From Coriobacteriaceae bacterium (GTDB lineage Bacteria > Actinomycetota > Coriobacteriia > Coriobacteriales > QAMH01): DNA of 64,000 bases. Location of the stretch: positions 42,822-106,821 of the forward strand of contig JAJQAN010000019.1 of the NCBI GenBank assembly GCA_021203765.1, given 5' to 3'. Made by a program: the position numbers and the translations under genes. The notes beneath the pieces were generated by a model. The model worked only from the letters and a program-made list of their open reading frames with translations. It was not told the DNA's origin and did not search any database. Of the stretch, positions 25,379 to 33,422 are shown piece by piece. The stretch's first letter is position 1. Each line of letters starts with the position of its first letter.

Positions 25379-26047
25379 TCAGGCCTGCAGAATCTGTTCG
25401 ATCAGCGGGCGTCCTTCGACGTAGGACTCCAAAAAGTAATCGCTTGCCGCCATCAGCTCGTCACGGTTCTGCTGCTTGTTGTCGTCGCGGACGCCGACGA
25501 CCGGAAACCCGCCCTCCTTTGCCGAGCGGGCGCAGGTGGCCACATCCTCGAACACGAGGGTCCGTTCCGGCTCGGCACCCAGCGCACGGGCGGCCTCCAG
25601 ATAGACGGTCGGGTTCGACTTGCCATGGCAGCCCAGCTCGTCGCAGACCTTGATGGTGTCGAAGAGGTCGTAGATGCCGTTGTTCTGCAGGCAGGGCTCG
25701 AGCAGCGGCCGCTGCAACGAGGTGGCGATCGCAAGCGGATAGCCGCTGTCTTTCAGGTACTGCAGGAACTCGTAGGCGTCGGGTTTCAGAAGCACCTCCT
25801 GGGCGTATTCCGCGGCGGCGTCTTCCTTCCACTCCTCGATGATGTCGTCGGGGTCCTCGTCCAGGCCGAATTCCTCGATGACGAAGTCAGCCCCCTGCTC
25901 GAAGCCCAAGACCGCGATGGTCTCGACGTACTCGCGCGAATAGGGCAGGTTGCGCTTGCCCAAAAACTTCAGATCGACCTGTTCCCACACCCACATGGAA
26001 TCGGCGAGCGTGCCGTCGAAGTCGAATATGATTCCGTCGATTTGCAT
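25379..26047 (-). CDS. HAD-superfamily hydrolase (phosphatase/beta-phosphoglucomutase-like)
   Basis: ATG 26047 gives MQIDGIIFDFDGTLADS (DxDGT motif I). The longer ORF start would overlap tRNA-Arg. LVFEDVATC... Confidence 0.8.
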   Translation of the reverse strand: MQIDGIIFDFDGTLADSMWVWEQVDLKFLGKRNLPYSREYVETIAVLGFEQGADFVIEEFGLDEDPDDIIEEWKEDAAAEYAQEVLLKPDAYEFLQYLKDSGYPLAIATSLQRPLLEPCLQNNGIYDLFDTIKVCDELGCHGKSNPTVYLEAARALGAEPERTLVFEDVATCARSAKEGGFPVVGVRDDNKQQNRDELMAASDYFLESYVEGRPLIEQILQA

Positions 26048-26193
26048 GCAGGCAATTGTAGCAATTTTGTCGCGGGTCGGGGGCTGCGATGGAGAGGATT
26101 TTATGCCTCTGAACTGAGCGTTTGTGCTGGAAGAGCGCCCAAGCTCCTTTGACTTTGCATGGGGAGGTGCTATTATATTCGGGCTCTGTACGT

Positions 26194-26270
26194 GCGCCAT
26201 TACCTCAGTTGGATAGAGGAGCTGACTACGAATCAGATTGTCGGGGGTTCGAATCCCTCATGGCGCACCA
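26194..26270 (+). tRNA. tRNA-Arg (anticodon ACG), CCA encoded
   Basis: Acceptor GCGCCAT/ATGGCGC, anticodon loop CTACGAA, T-arm GGGGG-TTCGAAT-CCCTC. Confidence 0.95.
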
Positions 26271-26281
26271 TCGATCCTGTC

Positions 26282-26312
26282 ACGGGCCGGCTTTTCAGCC
26301 GGCCCGTTTTCT
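26282..26312. terminator. Rho-independent terminator after tRNA-Arg (possibly also serving the convergent MscS gene)
   Basis: ACGGGCCGGC (26282-26291) / GCCGGCCCGT (26298-26307), followed by TTTTCT. Confidence 0.7.
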
Positions 26313-26334
26313 ATCCGCGTACCGTCGGTCGGTC

Positions 26335-27141
26335 TCAGACCCGGTGCTTGTGTCCGTGATAGTCCGCATGCGCGATCGGCGCGATAGCGCAGATGACCGC
26401 GTTTTTGGCCTCGGCCAGATGCTCCTCATCCGAAAAGACGATCTTGACGCTTCCCACGAAGCCCTCTCCGTCTATACCGCTGAGCGTGACGACGGGCGGC
26501 TCCTCGATGGAGCAGATGCTCGTCGCGGCTTTCTCCGCCGCATCGCGGATACGTTCGACGAGCTCGTCGAGGGGCTCGTTCTTGTTCGTGATGATGACAG
26601 AGAGCTGCACGGTCGTCTGCGGCGGCGCCTTGACCAAGGCGGTCTTGTTGATGGCGGAATTCGGGATGACGATGATGTTGTCCTGGTCGTCCTTGATGGA
26701 GGTATGCCGCCAGGTGATGTCCTGCACGACGCCCCGCATACCGTTGACTTCGATGTTGTCCCCGCAGGAAACGACGCGTGTCAGGCTGATCTCCAGGCCG
26801 GCTATCAGGTTCGACAGGGTGTCCTGGAATCCGAGGGAGACGGCGATGCCGCCGACGCCGAGGGCGGCGATCGCCGCGGTGATGTTGATGCCGAAGCAGG
26901 TCGATAGCAGCACGCTTAAGCCGAGCACCCAGATGACGACGCGGGCGATGTTGATGAAGATGCTCCCGGAGGGGACGCGGTCGTTGCCGCTCTCGTCCTT
27001 CCGCATGAAGATACGCTTCATGAAGCGGGCGACGAAGTGTGCGAGCAGGATGGTGACGACGATGATGCACACGGCGGCGAGAATCGTGCTGAGGATGTTG
27101 CCGTGGATGAAGTCCTCTATGTCGGTGAAGATGTTTTCCAT
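26335..27141 (-). CDS. Small-conductance mechanosensitive channel (MscS family)
   Basis: TM helices, then GVGGIAVSLGFQDTLSNLIAGL and the beta-domain GDNIEVNGMRGVVQDITWRHTSIKD. ATG at 27141; an alternative GTG is at 27147. Confidence 0.85.
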   Translation of the reverse strand: MENIFTDIEDFIHGNILSTILAAVCIIVVTILLAHFVARFMKRIFMRKDESGNDRVPSGSIFINIARVVIWVLGLSVLLSTCFGINITAAIAALGVGGIAVSLGFQDTLSNLIAGLEISLTRVVSCGDNIEVNGMRGVVQDITWRHTSIKDDQDNIIVIPNSAINKTALVKAPPQTTVQLSVIITNKNEPLDELVERIRDAAEKAATSICSIEEPPVVTLSGIDGEGFVGSVKIVFSDEEHLAEAKNAVICAIAPIAHADYHGHKHRV

Positions 27142-27327
27142 ACGCACGCATTATAGCGGTTGGCCGTGAGCGAGAGCGCGCCGCCTACGGTATGAAAAAT
27201 TACAAATTCGTATGCAGCGTGTCGGTGGCGCGCAGAACGTCTATACTACGAGGGGTCTTGAAACGAAGTGATGGGCGCAGCGCTTCCCGCGGCGCCTTGG
27301 ACATGAACACAAGCAGGGGAGAAGCTT

Positions 27328-27579
27328 ATGTGCACAAACGGCGTCAACACCCAGCAGTTGAAGGACACCGTCACCCAGATCAACGACCTCGTCTCGCTGT
27401 CCCGTCGCTGGACCCATAACATGTACCACCTGGCCGACGGCGGGCAGATGGAGCGCTCGGCCGACAAGCTCCAGGAGATCCAGCGGATGCTCGACGACGT
27501 GCGCGCCGAACTCGACGAGGCGCAGGACTGCATCGACCGCGACGACGAGGACAACGGCACCGAGGTCAAGCTTGTCTGA
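27328..27579 (+). CDS. Hypothetical small protein (83 aa, helical, acidic C-terminus)
   Basis: AGGGGAG 8 nt upstream of the ATG. GC3-rich codons. No recognisable family. Confidence 0.45.
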   Translation: MCTNGVNTQQLKDTVTQINDLVSLSRRWTHNMYHLADGGQMERSADKLQEIQRMLDDVRAELDEAQDCIDRDDEDNGTEVKLV

Positions 27580-28009
27580 GGGTGTAACCTCTCCAGCTGC
27601 AATCGTTTCAGGCGACGGGGACGCGACTTTCCTCGTCGTCTCTTCAACCACACCAACCGAAGATGTCATCAACGCTCTGCAGGCTTCTGCGGACACGCTC
27701 GGCCATGACGCGGCGGCCTTTGTCGCACTCGACAAGCTGGTGGCAGAGGATCCCGCGCAGGCTCTCGGTCGGCTCGTCTGCACAATCGATCCGTGGACGG
27801 TCGTCGCGTTAGATGGGGATTCCGAGCAGGCCCTGCGCGTCGCATTCGGAAAGCCGGCCGCCCCGCTCGATGCGGACGAAAGCGTCCAGGTCTGCGGCTA
27901 TACCCTGGTGGCGGTCCCGAACTTCGAACAGGCCCTCGTCGACCAGGATGCCAAGCGTGTCGCCTGGGGCAGGCTGCAGGCGGCAAGACATCCGGGCAAG
28001 GTCCTGTAA
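27572..28009 (+). CDS. Hypothetical protein (145 aa)
   Basis: TTG start overlapping the previous stop by 8 nt. GC3-rich frame. No confident family assignment. Confidence 0.45.
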   Translation: MSEGVTSPAAIVSGDGDATFLVVSSTTPTEDVINALQASADTLGHDAAAFVALDKLVAEDPAQALGRLVCTIDPWTVVALDGDSEQALRVAFGKPAAPLDADESVQVCGYTLVAVPNFEQALVDQDAKRVAWGRLQAARHPGKVL

Positions 28010-28056
28010 GCGGCCCCTTTCCTGCTTCGATCTTCGGTTTTCCAAAAAAATGAAGG

Positions 28057-29601
28057 CTAACCCTGCAGGAAGTCCGCGATGGCGGCCTCGACGCCGAGTT
28101 TGCTGCCAGGGACGGTCTGTGTGAAGCGCACGGCCTTCTCGTCGAGCTCGTCCAGTGCCGGCGGGATGTCGTCGTGACCGGTCTCGCGGGCGATCTCGCG
28201 ATTCAATCCGGCTCCGCTCAGATCAGCGACCTCTGCAGGGAGCGGCTCGTCCGGGTCGATACCGTGGAGGGCGCGGTAGACGTTGGCGCCGAACTTCGCC
28301 CAGTGCGCCGTGCTGGCGACGAGCAGGGGGCGTGTTCCCTTGTATTCGGCCGCGACCTTCCAGGCGACCGCGGAATGTGGGTCGAGCAGATAGCCGTATT
28401 CGTCGAAGACCGCCTTGATGGTCTGCAGGCACGTGACGCTGTCCACCGAACCGGCGCGGTAGGTGTCCTGCAGCGCCGTGCGGGTCTCCGCATCCACCTC
28501 GAAGCACTTCGCCTCCGTCAGATCCTGCATCCAGGTGCGGATGCGCTCGCTGTCGCGTCCGGTCAGTTCGAAGAGCTGACGCTCGAGGTTGCTCGAGACG
28601 AGGATGTCCATAGACGGTGACGGGGTCAGCACGAACTCGCGGTCGGAGATGTCGTAGACGCCGGTCTCGATGAAGTCGGTCAGGACCCGGTTGGTGTTGC
28701 TCGCGCAGATGATCTGGCCGATGGGGGTGCCGACCTGCTTGGCATACCAGCAGGCCAGGATGTTGCCGAAGTTGCCGGTCGGCACGCAGACGTCGAGGAG
28801 GTCTCCGGCTTCAAGCCGTCCGTCGGCGACCATCTGGGCATAGGAGCTGATGTAGTAGACGACCTGCGGGAGCAGGCGTCCCCAGTTGATGGAGTTGGCG
28901 CTGGACAGCGCGACGTTGCGCTGCGCGAGGAGGCTTTCGGCGAAGCCTTCGTCGGCGAACATCTGCTTGACGCTCGTCTGGCAGTCGTCGAAGTTGCCCT
29001 TTACGCCGAAGACGCAGACGTTGTCGCCATCCTGCGTCACCATCTGCTTGTGCTGGATGTCGCTCACGCCGCCGTACGGGTAGAAGACGACGATCGAGGT
29101 GTACGCACGGTCGGCGAAGCCCTGCAGCGCCGCCTTGCCGGTGTCCCCGCTCGTGGCTACAGCGATGAGGTAGTCATTGTCGGCGCCGCCACGGGCGCGG
29201 GCCGCCTCGACGCTCGCGCTGAAGAAGACCGGCAGGCACTGCAGCGCCATATCCTTGAAGGCGCTCGTCGGCCCATGCCAGAGCTCGAGGACGTACATAC
29301 CGTCCTCGCCGACCGGCGTGATGGGACAGATGTCGGGAGTGTCGAAATTGTCCCCGTACGCCTGGCCCATGAGGCGGTCGAGGTCCTTTCGTGCAAAATC
29401 GACGCCGAACCTCTCGTAGACCTCCGCCGCCCGCTGCGCATAGGGCTGCTGTGCCAAAGCGAGGACGTCGTCGAGGGAGAGGCGGGGCAGCTCGGTCGGG
29501 ACGAAGAGGCCGCCACTTGCGGCGATGCCCTGCAGGACCGCCTCGGAAAACGGAAGCGGGGCGTCGGTCCCCCCGCGTGTATCGATATATCCGATATCCA
29601 T
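28057..29601 (-). CDS. thrC: Threonine synthase (long form)
   Basis: ATG 29601 after GGAGGGG. MDIGYIDTRGG...GGLFVP. PLP lysine context GPTSAFKDMALQ. SANSINWGRL. Confidence 0.9.
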   Translation of the reverse strand: MDIGYIDTRGGTDAPLPFSEAVLQGIAASGGLFVPTELPRLSLDDVLALAQQPYAQRAAEVYERFGVDFARKDLDRLMGQAYGDNFDTPDICPITPVGEDGMYVLELWHGPTSAFKDMALQCLPVFFSASVEAARARGGADNDYLIAVATSGDTGKAALQGFADRAYTSIVVFYPYGGVSDIQHKQMVTQDGDNVCVFGVKGNFDDCQTSVKQMFADEGFAESLLAQRNVALSSANSINWGRLLPQVVYYISSYAQMVADGRLEAGDLLDVCVPTGNFGNILACWYAKQVGTPIGQIICASNTNRVLTDFIETGVYDISDREFVLTPSPSMDILVSSNLERQLFELTGRDSERIRTWMQDLTEAKCFEVDAETRTALQDTYRAGSVDSVTCLQTIKAVFDEYGYLLDPHSAVAWKVAAEYKGTRPLLVASTAHWAKFGANVYRALHGIDPDEPLPAEVADLSGAGLNREIARETGHDDIPPALDELDEKAVRFTQTVPGSKLGVEAAIADFLQG

Positions 29602-29691
29602 CAGCTGGCCCCTCCGGTCTGCGCCTGACGTGCGTGTTTGTCCGTGCAAGATGATACCATGGTGCAAAAGCGGACGAGAAAAGGATCGACG

Positions 29692-31653
29692 ATGCCTGTC
29701 AAACTGCTCATGGGAAACGAAGCACTCGGACTGGGCGCCATCCATGCCGGCGTGAACTTCGTCAGCGGCTATCCGGGAACCCCGTCGACGGAGGTGCTCG
29801 AAACGGTCGCCAAGAACAATGACGGCTCCATCCACGTCGAGTGGTCGACGAACGAGAAGGCCGCGCTCGAGGCGGCCGCCGGGGCCTCGTATGCCGGAGC
29901 GCGTTCGCTGGTCACGATGAAGCAGGTCGGTCTCAACGTCGCCTCCGATCCGCTCATGACCCTGGCCTACATCGGCGTGGAAGGCGGGCTCGTCCTCGTC
30001 GTGGCCGACGACCCCGGTCCCATCAGCAGCCAGACCGAACAGGACACGCGCAACTTCGCGCAGTTTGCCAAGGTGCCCGTCCTCGACCCTTCAAGCCCCG
30101 GCGAGGCCTACGGCATGATCCAGGACGCCTTCGAGATATCCGAGCGGCACCACTGCCCCGTCATCGTGCGTCCGACGACGCGCGTGAGCCATGCCTGCGG
30201 CACCGTCAAGACGCGCGGCGGAACCTCCGACTGCGAGCCGGACGGAGGCTTTGAACATCCGGAGATCTCCGATACCGACGAATATTGGAACACGGCCCGC
30301 CCTGTACCGGGCGGCTTCGTCAAGGATACCCAGCGCTGGGTCGTCTTCCCGCGCACGTCGTATCTCAACCACCTGAAGGTCGAGGAGCGCCGTCCCGTCC
30401 TGGCGGCGGAATTCGACTCCTACCAGGCAAACCGCATCGAGCTGTCGAACCCCGGCGATGCCAAGGCCACGCAGGCATATGCCGACGCCCTGCACAAGCT
30501 GCGCGCCTCCGATGCGTCCGCGACCTTTCCCTACGGCCTCGTCTGCGGCGGCATCTCCTATCAATACGCCTTGGAGGCCTGCGAGATGCTCGGCTGTGCG
30601 CTCCCGGTCTTCAAGGTCTCCACGCCCTATCCCTTCCCGGAGGGGCTCGCCTGCGATTTTCTCGACGCGGTCTCAGACGTCCTCGTCGTCGAAGAACTCG
30701 ACCCCGTCATCGAACGCGAACTCTTCTTCCTCTGCGGTCAGCACGGCCTGCAGCACGGGATCCACGGTAAGCTCGACGGCACCTTCTCCGCGGCCGGGGA
30801 GCAGTCGACCGAGGCGGTCGTGGCGGCCCTGACCCAGCTCGGTATCGCCTCCGAAGATGCGGCGCCCGTCCCGCCAAAGCGTCCCGAGCCGCCGGAGTTG
30901 CCCGTGCGCCCTCCGGTACTCTGTGCGGGCTGCCCGCACCGCGGCAGTTTCTACGCCGTCAAGAAGGCGACCAAGGGACGCAAGGCCGTCTACTGCGGCG
31001 ACATCGGCTGCTACACCCTCGGCAACGCGCAGCCGCTCGACATGGTCGACACCTGCCTGTGCATGGGCGCGGACATCACCGTTGCGCAGGGCATCGAAAC
31101 CGTCGACCCCGACGCGGTCTGCTTCAGCTTCATCGGCGACTCGACCTTTTTCGCAAGCGGCATCACCGGCATCATCAACGCCGTCTACAACCACCACGAC
31201 ATCATCGTCTGCGTCCTCGACAACTCGACGACCGCGATGACCGGGCATCAGCCCCATCCGGGCACCGGCAGGACCATGATGGGTGTGGACGGCGCCGCCA
31301 TGAGTATCCCTGCCATCGTCGAGGCCATCGGCGTCACCTCGTGCACGACCGTCGATGCGCTCGACCTGGACGCGGCCTGCGCGGCCGTCAGCGATGCGCT
31401 TGGGCAATCCGGCGTGCGGGTCATCATCTTCAAGTCGCCGTGCATCGCCGTCTCCAAACCGCAGCATCCACCGGTGACGATCGATACCGACGTCTGCACC
31501 GGCTGCCACAGCTGCATCCGCGAGATCGGCTGCCCCGCCATCGTCGAGCGCGTCGGACAGGTCGCCATCGACGAGGGTCAGTGCTACGGCTGCGAGCTCT
31601 GTGTGCAGGTCTGCCCGATGGATGCCATCGTGGGGGGAGGCGACGATGGGTAG
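29692..31653 (+). CDS. iorA: Indolepyruvate:ferredoxin oxidoreductase, alpha subunit
   Basis: MPVKLLMGNEALGLGAIHAGVNFVSGYPGTPSTE. TPP site GDIGCYTLG...IGDSTFF. C-terminal 2x[4Fe-4S] CTGCHSCIREIGCP / CYGCELCVQVCP. Confidence 0.9.
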   Translation: MPVKLLMGNEALGLGAIHAGVNFVSGYPGTPSTEVLETVAKNNDGSIHVEWSTNEKAALEAAAGASYAGARSLVTMKQVGLNVASDPLMTLAYIGVEGGLVLVVADDPGPISSQTEQDTRNFAQFAKVPVLDPSSPGEAYGMIQDAFEISERHHCPVIVRPTTRVSHACGTVKTRGGTSDCEPDGGFEHPEISDTDEYWNTARPVPGGFVKDTQRWVVFPRTSYLNHLKVEERRPVLAAEFDSYQANRIELSNPGDAKATQAYADALHKLRASDASATFPYGLVCGGISYQYALEACEMLGCALPVFKVSTPYPFPEGLACDFLDAVSDVLVVEELDPVIERELFFLCGQHGLQHGIHGKLDGTFSAAGEQSTEAVVAALTQLGIASEDAAPVPPKRPEPPELPVRPPVLCAGCPHRGSFYAVKKATKGRKAVYCGDIGCYTLGNAQPLDMVDTCLCMGADITVAQGIETVDPDAVCFSFIGDSTFFASGITGIINAVYNHHDIIVCVLDNSTTAMTGHQPHPGTGRTMMGVDGAAMSIPAIVEAIGVTSCTTVDALDLDAACAAVSDALGQSGVRVIIFKSPCIAVSKPQHPPVTIDTDVCTGCHSCIREIGCPAIVERVGQVAIDEGQCYGCELCVQVCPMDAIVGGGDDG

Positions 31654-32248
31654 TTCTACCGAACACGGCCTCAACTGCGTCATCTGCGGCGTCGGCGGCC
31701 AGGGCAACGTCTTGGCCTCCCGTCTGATCGCGCAGGTTCTGCTCGATCGCAACGAGCATGTCAAGACGGCCGAGACCATCGGCATGGCACAGCGCGGCGG
31801 CAGCGTCACGAGCCACGTGCGCGGCGGGCGTCCGAACTCCCCGCTGGTGCCGCAGCATACGGCCGACGCCCTCATCGCCTTCGAGCCGGCCGAGGCGGTC
31901 CGCTGCATCGACCTCGTCCGCGACGGCGGCACCGTCATCGTCAACACCGCCGCCCTCCAGCCGCCGACGGCCGCCCTTGCCGGCAGCGACTACGACGGCA
32001 GCGAGGCGCTCGCCTACCTCGAGGAGCTCCAGACGGCAGGCGACCTCCACGTGGTCTTCGTCGACGGCGACGAGATCTGCCGCGCCCTCGGCAATCCGAA
32101 GGTTTTAAACGTCGTCCTGCTCGCAAGCGCCGTCAAAGCCGAGGCCCTCGGCATATCGCGCGAGGAGCTCGAGGAGGCTATCAGGGCGCAGGTCAAGCCG
32201 GAGTTCCACGATCTGAACCTCCAGGCGGTCGCGCAGGTATTCGCTTAA
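31646..32248 (+). CDS. iorB: Indolepyruvate:ferredoxin oxidoreductase, beta subunit
   Basis: ATG overlaps the iorA stop. ICGVGGQGNVLASRLIAQ...ETIGMAQRGGSV. Confidence 0.9.
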   Translation: MGSSTEHGLNCVICGVGGQGNVLASRLIAQVLLDRNEHVKTAETIGMAQRGGSVTSHVRGGRPNSPLVPQHTADALIAFEPAEAVRCIDLVRDGGTVIVNTAALQPPTAALAGSDYDGSEALAYLEELQTAGDLHVVFVDGDEICRALGNPKVLNVVLLASAVKAEALGISREELEEAIRAQVKPEFHDLNLQAVAQVFA

Positions 32249-32273
32249 AGGCGGCTGTCGGACCCCTCAGCTT

Positions 32274-32519
32274 CTATTCGTCCTGGTGGACGCGGGGGGC
32301 ATGTTCCAAGAAGTAGCGGCAGGAATGGCAGTTCTCCTTGCGTGCCGCTGAAAAATCGACGTCGGTTGCGGAAAACGTCTCCATCGCGCTCGCGCGTTCG
32401 TGTTGCGGATTTTCGCAGTTGACGGTGTACATGCAGGAGCGTGGGCAGATGCCGGTCGCGTCGTGCGGGCAGTCGAAGAGCATCTCCCGCTTGCAGCCCG
32501 GTTCCTCCCAACATGCCAT
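32274..32519 (-). CDS. Small cysteine-rich protein (81 aa, 8 Cys)
   Basis: Of three overlapping minus-strand ORFs, only this frame shows strong GC3 bias. GGAGG lies upstream of ATG 32519. Contains MACWEEPGCKRE...CPHD...CPRSC...C and a C-terminal CHSC. Confidence 0.5.
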   Translation of the reverse strand: MACWEEPGCKREMLFDCPHDATGICPRSCMYTVNCENPQHERASAMETFSATDVDFSAARKENCHSCRYFLEHAPRVHQDE

Positions 32520-32610
32520 CGCCTGTAAGCCTCCTGAACCGGTGAAATGCACGTTGCGTGCGCATCCCCATACAAAAGCGGCCCGGGAACCCGAGCCGCT
32601 TGGAACTATC

Positions 32611-32704
32611 TGGCGGAGAGTTGGGGATTCGAACCCCAGATAGGAGGATCTCTCCTATACTCGCTTAGCAGGCGAGCGCCTTCAGCCAACTCGGCCAACT
32701 CTCC
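32611..32704 (-). tRNA. tRNA-Ser (anticodon GCU), CCA encoded
   Basis: The reverse complement reads GGAGAGT...CTCGC-CTGCTAA-GCGAG...long variable arm...TGGGG-TTCGAAT-CCCCA-ACTCTCC-G-CCA. Confidence 0.95.
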
Positions 32705-33005
32705 AGGACAAAAACGCGTAGAGAATAATAGCAGAAATGAGCAGGACTTTCCGTGCGGGTGACGCCGGTCTTTCCGCGGGATTCGCCCACGGGCAAGTCG
32801 TCTGAAATCCTGCCGCTCGGGCTCTCCGCCGTCTTCTTTGACCTGAGCGAATGCGGAGGCGAGATGCTTGGCAAATGCCGCTTTATGCCTGTTCAAAGGA
32901 TTATTCAAAAAAGTGATAATTTGTGCTATCTCTAGCGTTATGATGAACTCAAAATTCGGGGGCAACCCTTTATTTCAGGGGTTCGTAAACGAGAGAGAGT
33001 CAATC

Positions 33006-33359
33006 ATGGCAGCAGAACACCAATTCCAGGGCCTGGCAAAGATCATGATCGTCGACGCCAACGACCGCAAAGGGCCGAGCTTCGGCAAGGGCGCAGCGGT
33101 TTTGCTGCACGGAGTCGAGGAATACGGCTCCTTAAACCGTGCCGCAAAAGAACTGCACATGGCATACAGCAAGGCGTGGAGCATGATAAAGAAGGTCGAA
33201 GAAGGCCTCAACATACAATTCATCGAGCGCTACGGTGCGCGTGGTTCGGTTCTGACCGAGGAAGGACGGGAGTTCCTCGCCCGTTTCGACGAGTTCGAAT
33301 CGGACGTCAACGACTACGTCGCGCAGTCCTTTGCGGAGAAGTTCGAAGACGTCCAGTAG
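33006..33359 (+). CDS. ModE N-terminal-like (LysR-type HTH) small transcriptional regulator
   Basis: ATG 33006. GSLNRAAKELHMAYSKAWSMIKKVEEGLN...ARGSVLTEEG matches the ModE-N/wHTH pattern. No Mop domain present. Confidence 0.65.
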   Translation: MAAEHQFQGLAKIMIVDANDRKGPSFGKGAAVLLHGVEEYGSLNRAAKELHMAYSKAWSMIKKVEEGLNIQFIERYGARGSVLTEEGREFLARFDEFESDVNDYVAQSFAEKFEDVQ

Positions 33360-33361
33360 CG

Positions 33362-33381
33362 AAAGCCGGACGGCTTTTGCA
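33362..33381 (+). terminator. Weak terminator-like hairpin after the ModE-like gene
   Basis: AAAGCC-GGAC-GGCTTT followed by TGC. Confidence 0.35.
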
Positions 33382-33422
33382 AAAAGTCCTTTTCTTAATC
33401 GGATAGTGAGGTGGTCGCGCCC

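Noticed and set aside
26048-26200. 5' extension of the HAD hydrolase ORF
   Set aside because: It would run into the tRNA-Arg gene on the opposite strand. The HAD motif I (DFDGT) lies right after the ATG at 26047.
32705-33005. Molybdenum-cofactor (Moco) riboswitch upstream of the ModE-like gene
   Set aside because: Some GC-rich pairings and GGAAAG/CCGAG strings exist, but I could not reconstruct the consensus. The downstream gene is a regulator fragment rather than a Moco biosynthesis or transport gene. Left as unsupported.
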